A DNA stretch of 35,050 bases, from NCBI GenBank assembly GCA_018971925.1, contig JAGWZT010000001.1, forward strand, positions 1-35,050, given 5' to 3'. Positions within the stretch are counted from its first letter, which is position 1. Every line of letters begins with the position of its first letter. This DNA is from Lysobacteraceae bacterium. GTDB lineage: Bacteria > Pseudomonadota > Gammaproteobacteria > Xanthomonadales > Rhodanobacteraceae. Shown piece by piece: positions 13,403 through 24,163 of the stretch. The notes beneath the pieces were generated by a model, which saw nothing but the letters and a program-made list of their open reading frames with translations, had not been told where the DNA came from and ran no database searches. A program made the position numbers and the translations under genes.

Positions 13403-15110
13403 CATTGATATTGCCGTAGCGCCAATAACTCGGTGCCGGCAGCAGGACCGTGGGCGTAAAGGATTCCAGTGGTTGCTGGCCCCGTCGCAGTGTTGCGAGC
13501 GCCGGTGCATCCCAGATCACCATCCACACGCCGCGATAAGGCTGCACCAGCCGCGCGTAGCGAAGGTCGTCGGCGTCCAGTCGTTCCGGGTAGGCGATCA
13601 CGAGGCCATGCGGATGCTTCGCCGTCCAGTCCTGCAGGAACTGGCCTTCGTACAGGCGATCGATCGGTCGGGTCATGCGGCCGGCGAATTCGAACTGACC
13701 GTCGTAGATGCCGAGGTTGCCGATCGCGTGACCTTGTGCTTCGGCATGTGCGAGCAGGTGTGCGGCCGGGCGCATGTCGAACGCCGGATAAAACGCCAGC
13801 GCGAACAGCGCGTAGGCGCCCGCGGTGCCGATCAGGCTGGCGCTTGCGATCCGGCGCAGCTCGCCGCGTCCCGGCAGCAACAGGAACGCGCCCAGCAACA
13901 GATACAACACGCCGAACGGCGCACCGACGGTCGCGCAGTCGCGCAGCCAGTGATCGTGCAGCCTGCCCGCGTTCTGCAACAGCGGCAGCGCGAACAACAG
14001 AGCGGCCGTCGCAAACGATGCCAGCGCAAGCGGCCACGCACCCAGCCAGGCAGCGTGTGCCGCCCACCCGCCACGCGTGCGCAGGAACGTGATGGCCGCC
14101 GCCATCACGATCGCGGCCGCCGGCAATTCGGGCACGAGGTAGTAGCTTTGCTTGCCGCTGAACGCGCTGAAAATCAGGAACGCCGGGACCAGCCACGCGA
14201 GCAGCATACGCGAGCCTGCCGGCAGTGGTCGGCGCAGCGCGAGGATGCCGGCCCACATTCGCGGCCACAGCACGAACGGGAACAGCAGCACGAACGCCCA
14301 CGGCACATACCACCAGAACGGCCGCTTGTGGATGAAGGCGTCCACCACGCGCCCGCCGGTCTGCTTGAAAAGCAGGTTGTGGGTATAGGCGCCGCCGCTC
14401 GCGTGGATGGCCGGAATCACCCACGCGGCGAGGATCAGGGTGCCGCCGATGATCGCAACAACGCCGAGCACATACCAGCGCGCGCGGTGTTCGCGTGCGT
14501 AACGGCACCACCACGGACCCAGCAGCCACGCCGGCGCCGTGTGGACCAGCATCACCGGGCCCTTGGTCAGGAAACCCAGGCCGATGCAGATGGCGAAGCC
14601 GATCCAGTGCGGCGTGGTGCGGCGTGGACGCGGAACCAGGCACAGCATCGCGCCAAGCACCCAGACAGCCATCAGGCCGTCGTACATGATCTGCAGGCCG
14701 TACAGAAAGCCGAACGACAGCGCCAGCAGCAGCCACGGCGTGGTGCGCGCCACCCATGCGTGTTCGGGAAACAGCCGGCGCGCCAGCGACTGCGCGAGGA
14801 TCAGTTGTGCGGCGCCGATCAACACCATCAGCACGCGTGGCCACACGTCGTTGACGCCGAACGCGGCCCAGCCCGCGTGGATCAGCCAGAACAGCAACGG
14901 CGCCTTTTCCGAATACGGCGCGCCATTGATGTGCGGCACCAGGAACTGTTGGTGGGCCCACATGTCCCACGCCACCGCCAGTGCGCGCGTGGAGTGCAGC
15001 GGGATCGGCGGTTGCAGGAAGATCACGATCAGCGCCGCCGCGAGGTACAGCGGCAGCCACCACAACAGGGCGCGCAGGTGTTCGGATCGGGCGTAGGAAG
15101 CGTCGGTCAC
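13389..15110 (-). CDS. GT39/ArnT-like GT-C glycosyltransferase (PMT_2 type), copy A; start GTG 15110 or GTG 15224
   Basis: Polytopic membrane protein with the N-terminal loop motif GAPYSEKAPLLFWLIHAGW, typical of polyprenyl-phosphate-sugar-dependent GT-C enzymes. The stop codon lies inside the repeat hairpin at 13382-13402. Confidence 0.85.
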   Translation of the reverse strand: MTDASYARSEHLRALLWWLPLYLAAALIVIFLQPPIPLHSTRALAVAWDMWAHQQFLVPHINGAPYSEKAPLLFWLIHAGWAAFGVNDVWPRVLMVLIGAAQLILAQSLARRLFPEHAWVARTTPWLLLALSFGFLYGLQIMYDGLMAVWVLGAMLCLVPRPRRTTPHWIGFAICIGLGFLTKGPVMLVHTAPAWLLGPWWCRYAREHRARWYVLGVVAIIGGTLILAAWVIPAIHASGGAYTHNLLFKQTGGRVVDAFIHKRPFWWYVPWAFVLLFPFVLWPRMWAGILALRRPLPAGSRMLLAWLVPAFLIFSAFSGKQSYYLVPELPAAAIVMAAAITFLRTRGGWAAHAAWLGAWPLALASFATAALLFALPLLQNAGRLHDHWLRDCATVGAPFGVLYLLLGAFLLLPGRGELRRIASASLIGTAGAYALFALAFYPAFDMRPAAHLLAHAEAQGHAIGNLGIYDGQFEFAGRMTRPIDRLYEGQFLQDWTAKHPHGLVIAYPERLDADDLRYARLVQPYRGVWMVIWDAPALATLRRGQQPLESFTPTVLLPAPSYWRYGNINGDHP

Positions 15111-15178
15111 GGGAAGGTTTCGCGAAGGCTGCAGCGCGTGGCGGAATTGTAATGGATGCGGTTGCCGGGTCCGGCACC

Positions 15179-16240
15179 CTACGCGGCGCGCGGAAGTTCC
15201 GGATTGCGCGGGGGGAGGCTGCACAGCGCAGCAATCACTTCGCGCGGACCGATTTCGCAGACGCGGGAATGTTGCGGCGGCCCGCCCAGCGCGATCACCG
15301 CGCTACCCGTCGGGCTGCGCGGGCACCATGCATCGGGCGATTGCGCGCCGAACAGCACCACCAGCGGGCAACCCATCGCCGCCGCCACGTGTGCCGGTCC
15401 GGTGTCCACCGAAAGCATGCCGTCGGAAATCTCCGCCAGTGCCATCAGGCGCCGCAGCGGCAGTTCGTGCGCCGCCACTTCGACGCCGGGCAGGCGTGCT
15501 GCGCTGGCGAGGGCATCCAGCGAGGGCGCCTCGCTTGGTGCGCCGCACAGCATGATGCGTGCGTCGGGGTGATCTTCGCGCAGGGCGCGCAGCGCGGCGA
15601 CCCAGTGCTGCACGGGCCAGGCCTTGTCATCGTCGGCTGCGTCGCGCGGACCGTTCCAGCGCATGCTGCGTTTGTTGAAAGGCTGCACCAGCCACAGGGC
15701 CTCGCCGCGCCAGCCGCGTGCGCGCAGCCAGGTGTCGCGGTCGCGGCGGTCCGCCTCGCGCAACACCAGGCGTGGTGCCATGGTGCCCAAGAATGCCGGT
15801 GTCCGCCATGCATCGGTGCAGTCGGGCGGTGGCTTTCCGCAACCACGCAGCAGCCTGTCGATCCAGTGTTCACCGGGCGCAGCCGGTGCATCGGTCAGGA
15901 ACACGCATTGACTTTGCCGTATGCCGGCAAGCGCAAGCATCCGTCGAATCTTGGCCAAGGCGCGCGGTTCGGTTTCGCAGACGTGCACGGGCGCGCCGCG
16001 ATACCGGCGCAGCGTGCGCAGCATGCGCCAGCGTTCCGGACTGAGTGCCAGCGGCCGATGCCGCGCGCTCACCTGCAGCACCCGCACTGCATCCGGATGC
16101 GCGTCATACAACGCGGCGCTCCACGGACCGGTACCGAGCAGCAGGCACGGTTCGCCATAACCGCGGTGCAGGCGATCGAGAAGCGGCGCCAGCAGCAGCA
16201 TGTCGCCGAGCCGCCCGAAGCGGATCACGATCGGACACAT
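15179..16240 (-). CDS. glycosyltransferase family 9 protein (heptosyltransferase family), paralog a
   Basis: ATG at 16240 shares its A with the upstream TGA (TGATG). The N terminus is IVIRFGRLGDMLLLAPLL and the C-terminal motifs are ELPLRRLMALAE..SVDTGPAHVAAAMGCPLVVLFG. Confidence 0.88.
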   Translation of the reverse strand: MCPIVIRFGRLGDMLLLAPLLDRLHRGYGEPCLLLGTGPWSAALYDAHPDAVRVLQVSARHRPLALSPERWRMLRTLRRYRGAPVHVCETEPRALAKIRRMLALAGIRQSQCVFLTDAPAAPGEHWIDRLLRGCGKPPPDCTDAWRTPAFLGTMAPRLVLREADRRDRDTWLRARGWRGEALWLVQPFNKRSMRWNGPRDAADDDKAWPVQHWVAALRALREDHPDARIMLCGAPSEAPSLDALASAARLPGVEVAAHELPLRRLMALAEISDGMLSVDTGPAHVAAAMGCPLVVLFGAQSPDAWCPRSPTGSAVIALGGPPQHSRVCEIGPREVIAALCSLPPRNPELPRAA

Positions 16241-17319
16241 CAGGATGCCATGACGGACAAGTTGGGTGCCGGCCTGCGCAGCGGCAATGCCTGCCACGCG
16301 GAGGCCACTTCATCGAGGGTGATCTGGTCGACGCGGTTGCGTTCGGGCAAGCCGCCCAGTGCAACGACGGGGCTGCCCGCCGGGCTGCGCGGCAACCACA
16401 GCGTCGGCGGCTGCGCGCCGTACAGCACCACCAATGGGCAGCCCAGGGCCGCAGCGGCCTGGGCGGGGCCGGTATCGATCGAGATCATCGCGGCTGCGTG
16501 TTCGCACAAGGCCAGCAATCGGCGCAGCGGCAGTTCGTCGCCCGCCGCGAGCACACGTTCGGAGTGCGCGCCGTCGGCGATCTGCCGCAGCAGGGCGGCC
16601 TCCGGTGGCGCGCCGCACAGGACGATCTTGAGGTCGGGTTGGCGCGCGAGGACTGCGTGGATCAGGCCGGTCCAATTGACCAGCGGCCACTGCTTGTCGT
16701 CGCCGAGTTGGCCCGCGCGTCCGCGCTTGAGCGTGCGCTTGTTGCCGGGTTGCAGCAGCAGCAGGGGCGCATCGTCGAAGGTGCGCGCGCGCAGCCATTC
16801 GTGCAGGTCGGCGCGATCCGCGCGCTGCACGACAAGGCACGGCGCATTCGGCGTCTGCAGCGCGTCAGCCGGCGGCGCGGACGCGAAGGCCGCGGGCGTC
16901 ATCGCGCCGAGGCGGCGCCAACGATCGACCCAGTGTTCGCCGCCGCGCAGCATGCAATCCGGGTTGGCGAACACGCAGTGATCCCGCGGGATGCGCGCGC
17001 GTTGCAGCAGCCAACGAATCTTGTCGATGGAATAGTCGTCGCAGACGTATACCGGGCCCGGTGGTTGTGCGCGCAGCAGCGACACCAGGTGCCGCTGGCT
17101 CGCGTCCAGCCAGTACGGGCGCTTGCGGCTGGACAACTTGAGGATCGCGCGCACGTCGGGATGGCCGGCGAACAGCGGCGCCAGCCAATCACCCGATCCC
17201 AATACCCGGCAGGCCTGCCCGTAGCGGCGGTGCAGCAGGCGCAGCAACGGCGTCAGCAACACCATGTCGCCGAAGGCGCCGAAGCGGATCACGAGGGGTG
17301 CGGCGAAGCTGGGGGGCAT
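16240..17319 (-). CDS. glycosyltransferase family 9 protein (heptosyltransferase family), paralog b
   Basis: An internal ATG at 17319 gives MPPSFAAPLVIRFGAFGDMVLLTPLL. Motifs ELPLRRLLALCE..SIDTGPAQAAAALGCPLVVLYG are clearly paralogous to the downstream gene. Confidence 0.88.
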   Translation of the reverse strand: MPPSFAAPLVIRFGAFGDMVLLTPLLRLLHRRYGQACRVLGSGDWLAPLFAGHPDVRAILKLSSRKRPYWLDASQRHLVSLLRAQPPGPVYVCDDYSIDKIRWLLQRARIPRDHCVFANPDCMLRGGEHWVDRWRRLGAMTPAAFASAPPADALQTPNAPCLVVQRADRADLHEWLRARTFDDAPLLLLQPGNKRTLKRGRAGQLGDDKQWPLVNWTGLIHAVLARQPDLKIVLCGAPPEAALLRQIADGAHSERVLAAGDELPLRRLLALCEHAAAMISIDTGPAQAAAALGCPLVVLYGAQPPTLWLPRSPAGSPVVALGGLPERNRVDQITLDEVASAWQALPLRRPAPNLSVMAS

Positions 17320-17426
17320 GAAGGGTCTCGCTGGCACCGGGCAGTTTCGCGTGGCTGCCTGTCGGCAGTCTTTCGGCGCCACGCATTACACTCGCTGAAT
17401 CCTGACGTTACGACGTGCCTGGCACC

Positions 17427-18209
17427 ATGATAAAACGCCCGCGTATCTCGGCCTGCGTCATCACCTTGAACGAGGCCGACCGCATCGGCGATTGCCTTGC
17501 CTCGCTGGCGTTCTGCGACGAAGTGGTGGTGGTGGATTCGGGGTCGCGCGATGGCACCCGCGATGTCGCGGCCGCGCACGGCGCGCGCGTCGTCGGGCAT
17601 CCGTTCGAAGGTTTCCGTGCACAGAAGGATTTTGCGGTGTCTCAGGCATCACACGATTGGGTGTTGTGCCTGGATGCCGATGAGCGCGTCACGCCCGCGT
17701 TGCGCACATCGATCGAGACAGCGCGTGATGCAGGGTTCGCCGATGCGGCGGGCTATCGCTTCGCGCGCGCGACCGAATACTTCGGCGCGTTCCTGCGCCA
17801 CGGCAATGCCTATCCCGATCGCGTGCTGCGCTTGTTCGACCGACGCCGCGGCGGTTGGCGCGCAGGCCGCGAAATCCACGAACACGCGGTGGTCGATGGC
17901 CACGCCGCGACGCTTGCGGGCGACCTCGAACACCGCGCCTATCGTTCGCTGGACGACCAGCTTGCGCGCTACCGCCGCTACGCGACGATGATGGCCGAAC
18001 ACATGCATGCAGCGGGACGCCGCGCGCACCTGCACAACCTCGTGCTCAATCCGTTCTGGCGCTTCCTGCGCGGGTACGTGCTGCGGGCAGGTTTCCTGGA
18101 CGGCTGGCGCGGCTTCCTGTTCGCCTGCATGGAAGCCGATTACGTGCGCGAGAAATTCGCACGGCTGTGGTTGCTGCGGCTTGGCGCCACCGGACCCGCC
18201 TCGCGATGA
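17427..18209 (+). CDS. glycosyltransferase family 2 protein, LPS-core type (WaaE/KdtX-like); alternative GTG start at 17415
   Basis: The translation includes ISACVITLNEADRIGDCLASLAFCDEVVVVDSGSRDGT, the DxD-type LCLDADERV, and a C-terminal amphipathic segment FWRFLRGYVLRAGFLDGWRGF, typical of the short soluble core GT2 enzymes. Confidence 0.85.
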   Translation: MIKRPRISACVITLNEADRIGDCLASLAFCDEVVVVDSGSRDGTRDVAAAHGARVVGHPFEGFRAQKDFAVSQASHDWVLCLDADERVTPALRTSIETARDAGFADAAGYRFARATEYFGAFLRHGNAYPDRVLRLFDRRRGGWRAGREIHEHAVVDGHAATLAGDLEHRAYRSLDDQLARYRRYATMMAEHMHAAGRRAHLHNLVLNPFWRFLRGYVLRAGFLDGWRGFLFACMEADYVREKFARLWLLRLGATGPASR

Positions 18210-20190
<1,981 letters not shown>

Positions 20191-20191
20191 G

Positions 20192-21181
20192 TCACGCTGC
20201 AAGTGCACGGACTGCTTGCGCGACCCGCACTTTGAACGCACGATCGTTATCCTCGAACCATGCGCGCGCGGCCGCGCTCATGCGTGCGAGTTCGTCGTCG
20301 GGTGTCGCCAGCAGCCGTTCGACCACCGTTTCCAGCGCGCTTTCGTCGTAGAAATACGTGGTCGCGAGGCTCTGTGTGCCGGTTCGTGAAGGCGGAATCA
20401 GCGCGCCACGGTTGCAGGTGACCATCTCGTTCATCGGCGGCGCGTCCAGCGTCACCGTCACTGCGCCGACACTCATCGCCTCGACGAGGTAATGCCCGAA
20501 GCCTTCCGTTTCCGAAGGGCACAGGTGGAAGCGATGCGCGTTCTGGATGCGTTTCAATTCGGCATCGGGAATGTAATCGACGCGGTGCGTGATGTTGGGT
20601 GCGTTGACCAGCGCGCGTGCGACGCGCGGACTCTGCAGTACGGTGAGCCGCGGCCATTCCGGATGCCTGTGCCACGTCGCGAGCAGGGTGTCGGTGCCCT
20701 TGTTGGAGCTGCGCCCGGCGAGGTGGAAGAACGCGCGTTCACGCGGTACCGCGGCGTCCAGCCGGTCCTCGCTGGTGAAGCCGGTGTATTCGGTCCGCAA
20801 CCCGACCGCTTCGAAAATCGGTGTCGCGTGGTGCGTCAGCACGAATGCGCGATCCAGCCGCGGCAGCCATCCGCGGTCGCGCTCGTCGAACCACTCGGGG
20901 TGCGGCATCAACACATTGCGGTGCGCAGTGGCGAGATACTCGGAGCGTATGCGTTCCAGCATCAGGTTGACGTCCCAGCGTTGCACGCAGCGGCCAGTCA
21001 GCCACCGCGCAAGCGTGCCCGCACGCAATGTCAGCGGGTGCAGCGCCTTGCGCAACGCCCCGCGCCGGATGCCGCTGATCGTCACGTCGAAACCCGCACC
21101 GGCCAGGGTGTCGTGCAACAGCTTCAAATTGCGGCTGAGGCCGAAACCGTTGTCGCGCGCGACCAGGTTGACGCGGATCAT
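20192..21181 (-). CDS. GT4-like (GT-B, EX7E motif) glycosyltransferase, paralog a
   Basis: ATG at 21181 overlaps the upstream stop (ATGA). C-terminal sequence is QNAHRFHLCPSETEGFGHYLVEAMSVGAVTVTLDAPPMNEM. Confidence 0.82.
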   Translation of the reverse strand: MIRVNLVARDNGFGLSRNLKLLHDTLAGAGFDVTISGIRRGALRKALHPLTLRAGTLARWLTGRCVQRWDVNLMLERIRSEYLATAHRNVLMPHPEWFDERDRGWLPRLDRAFVLTHHATPIFEAVGLRTEYTGFTSEDRLDAAVPRERAFFHLAGRSSNKGTDTLLATWHRHPEWPRLTVLQSPRVARALVNAPNITHRVDYIPDAELKRIQNAHRFHLCPSETEGFGHYLVEAMSVGAVTVTLDAPPMNEMVTCNRGALIPPSRTGTQSLATTYFYDESALETVVERLLATPDDELARMSAAARAWFEDNDRAFKVRVAQAVRALAA

Positions 21182-22209
21182 GCAGGCGCACCCGCGCCGC
21201 GCAGCGCCCCATCCAGCCGCCCCGGCAATGCCGCGCGCTCGGCCTCGTACCACGCGCGCGCCGCGGCGCCGAGTGCTTCACACCGTGCTTCGTCGACTGC
21301 GAGCGCACGTTCGATCGCGGCTTCCATCGCTGCGTCGTCGAAGTGGTAAGTGGTTGCGAGGTGCTGGCTGCCGGTGCGTGCATACGGCAACAGGATGCCG
21401 CGCCCCGGCGTGATCATCTCGTTCATCGGCGGCGCGTCCAGCGTGATCACCACTGCCCCGACGCTCATGGCCTCGACGATGTAGTGTCCGAAACCCTCGG
21501 TCTCCGAAGGGCACAGGTGAAACCGGTGCGCGTTCTGGAGACGTTTCAGTTCGGCTTCGGCGAGATAGCCGATCCGGTGGGCGATGTTGGCGGCGGGCGA
21601 GGCCGGCTTTGCTTCGCTCGGATGTTGCACCACGGTAAGCCGCGGCCACTCGGGATGTTTGCGCCATAGCGCCAGCAGTGGTTCGGTGGCCTTGGTGCGG
21701 CTGGAGCCCGCCAGGTGGAAGAACGCGCGTTCGCGCAGCACGGCCGTGTCCCGCCGGTCCTCGCTGGTGAAACCGATGCAGATGGCGCGGCAGCCTTGCG
21801 CCGTGAAGATGCGTTCGGCTTCGCGGGTCTTGGTCAACACCAGGTCGATGCGGCCGAGCGCCTGCATGTCGCGCGGCAGGAACCATTCCGGGTGCGGCAG
21901 CAGCACGCGGCAGGGCGCGTCGTCCAGAAAGGCCGGCGCGATGTGTTCCTCCATCAGCACGAAATCGTACGGCGACGGCAAGCCGCGGTGCCGACGACGC
22001 ACGAGTTGCGCTGCGTGCCGTCGGCCCCTCATGCGCTGGATCAAACCCGGAATCCCGCCGCGCCGACGGGTGTTGGTGAAGTCGACGTGGTAACCACGCG
22101 TTTCCAGCGTGCGTGCGAGCAAACGCAGATCGCGCGACAGGCCGACCCCGTTGTCGAAGCCGAGCAGGTGCACCGAGCGCGGTGCCGTGTCAGTCATCGT
22201 CGGGTTCAT
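21178..22209 (-). CDS. GT4-like (GT-B, EX7E motif) glycosyltransferase, paralog b; start ATG 22209 or 22197
   Basis: It shares LPHPEWF, GFTSEDR, RERAFFHLAG, HPEWPRLTV and QNAHRFHLCPSETEGFGHY with the downstream paralog. Confidence 0.82.
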   Translation of the reverse strand: MNPTMTDTAPRSVHLLGFDNGVGLSRDLRLLARTLETRGYHVDFTNTRRRGGIPGLIQRMRGRRHAAQLVRRRHRGLPSPYDFVLMEEHIAPAFLDDAPCRVLLPHPEWFLPRDMQALGRIDLVLTKTREAERIFTAQGCRAICIGFTSEDRRDTAVLRERAFFHLAGSSRTKATEPLLALWRKHPEWPRLTVVQHPSEAKPASPAANIAHRIGYLAEAELKRLQNAHRFHLCPSETEGFGHYIVEAMSVGAVVITLDAPPMNEMITPGRGILLPYARTGSQHLATTYHFDDAAMEAAIERALAVDEARCEALGAAARAWYEAERAALPGRLDGALRGAGAPA

Positions 22210-23947
22210 ACGCGCCGAATTGTCCCGCGTCGTCGCTTCGAGGGGGCACGCAGCCCGGCACCACGGCGCTGCGGCTGAACACATACCACTCGCGGCGGTT
22301 GGCGTGCCCGACATGGACGGCATCGCGCATCCGCACGCACGGCGCCAGCACCTCGCCATAGGCGAAGATCCAGCGGTGCGCGGGGTCGGCCGCCTGCCAT
22401 GCGAGTGCCCGCTGCAACTGTTCGTGCCAGGCCAGCTTGAAACCGAAGTTGACGGTAGCGCGGTCCAGCATGTCCAGCATCAAGAGGTTTTGTTCCTTCC
22501 ATGCCACCAGTGCGATCGGATCGCCCGCGGGCACGACGTTCGTGGTGCGCGCCATCACCGCGCGCGAGGACGAGTAGCCGTTGAGCAGGGGATACGCGAC
22601 CAGTCCCCACGCACCCCAGGCCACCAAGGCAAATCCGGCCCAGCCCCATACCGCGCGCCGCGGCCGCGCGATCAGCGCGATCAATACACCGGCGGCGCCG
22701 ATGCCGAGGATCATCGCAACCAGGGGCGCGGGCGAGCCATCCAGCGCCGACGACGCCAGCGCAACCAGCTTGTGCAGATGACCGGTGTGCAGGCCAATGC
22801 CGGCGATCAGCAGCACCAGCGCCAGCAGTAGCGTCAAAATCCATAACGCCCAGCGGGACGAGCGCATGCGAACGATCCCCGGCAACAGCGGCGCCAACGC
22901 AATCGCGGTGACGGGAAGCGCGGGCAGGATGTACACGTCGCGTTTGCCGCCACTCAGAGAAAAAAAGATCACCACCAGCACCACCCACGCCAGCGGCAGC
23001 AGGGTGCGCGCGTCGTGGTTTTGCAAGGCGCGCTTCCAGCCCGCAATCGCCCACGGAATCGCCAGCGACAGCGGCAGCCATTCGAATGCGATCACCGGCA
23101 GGTAGAACCACCACGGATGGATGTGGTGCGCGGGTTCGGCGTAGCGCGACACGGTCTGGCCGAGCAGGATGTCGTGCGCGTAACGCGCGTACGCGGCATC
23201 GCCCGCATGCACGTGCAGCGCCGACCACAGCATCGGCAATGCCCATCCGAGTACAGGCACGGCGAACAACAGCGCCAGCCACCAGCGTGCATCGCGGTTC
23301 TGGGCGGGCAGCAAGCCGCTCCAGCCGCGCCAGCGCGCGAACCAGAACGGCAGGAACACCAGCAGCGCCAGCACGCCAACGCCCTTGGTGATCACGCCGA
23401 GTCCGGCGGCGAGGAAGCCGATCGCGTACCAGCACCATGCGGGACCCAGCAGCAGGTGGCGCAGCAGACCGTACATCGCCAACGCGATCCAGAACACTTC
23501 CACGCCGTCGATCTGCGCGCCGCGCATCTGGAAGGTGAAATCGAAACTCACCAGCACCGCGGCGGCGGCGAGCAGTCCCGCGCGGTGGTTCCACTGCCGG
23601 CGCGCGAAGTCGTACACCAGCGTGATCGTGCCCAACCCCGCGAGCAGCGACGGCAACAGGAACCCGCCGCGCCAGCCGCCGGTGATCAGGTATGCGCAGG
23701 CTTCCAGCCACATGAACATGGGCGGCTTGTCGGAATACAACTCGACGCCGCGGTGCGGGAACAGCCATTGCCCGCTCGACAGCATCTCGCGCGCGACCAG
23801 CGCGAAGCGCGGTTCGTCCGATGGCCACGGGTCGCGCAGCCCGATGCCGAGGCCCAGCAGCAACAACGCGAACGCGAACAGCAGCAACAACTGCACGCGT
23901 TCGTCGTCGAACCAGCGGCGGGTGTCGTGGGCGGGGGGCATTGTCAT
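22190..23947 (-). CDS. GT39/ArnT-like GT-C glycosyltransferase (PMT_2 type), copy B
   Basis: The N terminus contains DEPRFALVAREMLSSGQWLFPHRGVELYSDKPPMFMWLEA, followed by many TM helices. It is the first gene of a three-gene minus-strand operon with overlapping stop/start codons. Confidence 0.88.
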   Translation of the reverse strand: MTMPPAHDTRRWFDDERVQLLLLFAFALLLLGLGIGLRDPWPSDEPRFALVAREMLSSGQWLFPHRGVELYSDKPPMFMWLEACAYLITGGWRGGFLLPSLLAGLGTITLVYDFARRQWNHRAGLLAAAAVLVSFDFTFQMRGAQIDGVEVFWIALAMYGLLRHLLLGPAWCWYAIGFLAAGLGVITKGVGVLALLVFLPFWFARWRGWSGLLPAQNRDARWWLALLFAVPVLGWALPMLWSALHVHAGDAAYARYAHDILLGQTVSRYAEPAHHIHPWWFYLPVIAFEWLPLSLAIPWAIAGWKRALQNHDARTLLPLAWVVLVVIFFSLSGGKRDVYILPALPVTAIALAPLLPGIVRMRSSRWALWILTLLLALVLLIAGIGLHTGHLHKLVALASSALDGSPAPLVAMILGIGAAGVLIALIARPRRAVWGWAGFALVAWGAWGLVAYPLLNGYSSSRAVMARTTNVVPAGDPIALVAWKEQNLLMLDMLDRATVNFGFKLAWHEQLQRALAWQAADPAHRWIFAYGEVLAPCVRMRDAVHVGHANRREWYVFSRSAVVPGCVPPRSDDAGQFGAYEPDDD

Positions 23948-23985
23948 CGCGACATGAAGGCGTCGTGATTGTACGTGCGATGGTT

Positions 23986-24094
23986 ACCCCCTTCGGAACG
24001 AAGGGGGTGGCGCGCCAGCGCCGGGGGACGTCGAACGCAAGCGTGAAGCGTCGAAGAGCCGTCCCCTCGTTTCCCCTTCCTGTGGAAGGGGGAA
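23986..24094. repeat. cluster of pyrimidine/purine-arm hairpins between rsmB and GT39-B
   Basis: Hairpins: ACCCCCTTCG-GAA-CGAAGGGGGT (23986-24008, perfect 10-bp stem), GGCGC-GCCA-GCGCC (24009-24022), and TTCCCCTTCC-TGT-GGAAGGGG(G)AA (24071-24094). Confidence 0.7.
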
Positions 24095-24163
24095 GTTAAA
24101 GCAGAAGCTTCATTTCGGGCCTCCCGGACTTTGTTCACGAAAAGAGAATGACGGAAAAAATGG

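Noticed and set aside
13339-15234. 631-aa minus-strand ORF in an alternative frame over GT39-A (and similarly 22206-23828 over GT39-B)
   Set aside because: These are same-strand shadow frames with Arg/Pro/Ala-rich sequence and no hydrophobic helices. The neighbouring frame gives a coherent polytopic GT39 protein.
17332-17350. Sigma-54-like TGGCAC element in the GT9b/GT2 divergent region
   Set aside because: The GC dinucleotide expected 12 nt after the GG falls on TT (TGGCACCGGGCAGTTTCGC). The -24/-12 spacing therefore does not fit the consensus.
13020-17430. Long plus-strand ORFs (13020-15152, 14981-16981, 16045-17430) opposite the GT39-A and GT9 genes
   Set aside because: They are Arg/Gln/Ala/Pro-rich and lack motifs. 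The minus-strand frames encode clear GT-C and GT9 proteins.
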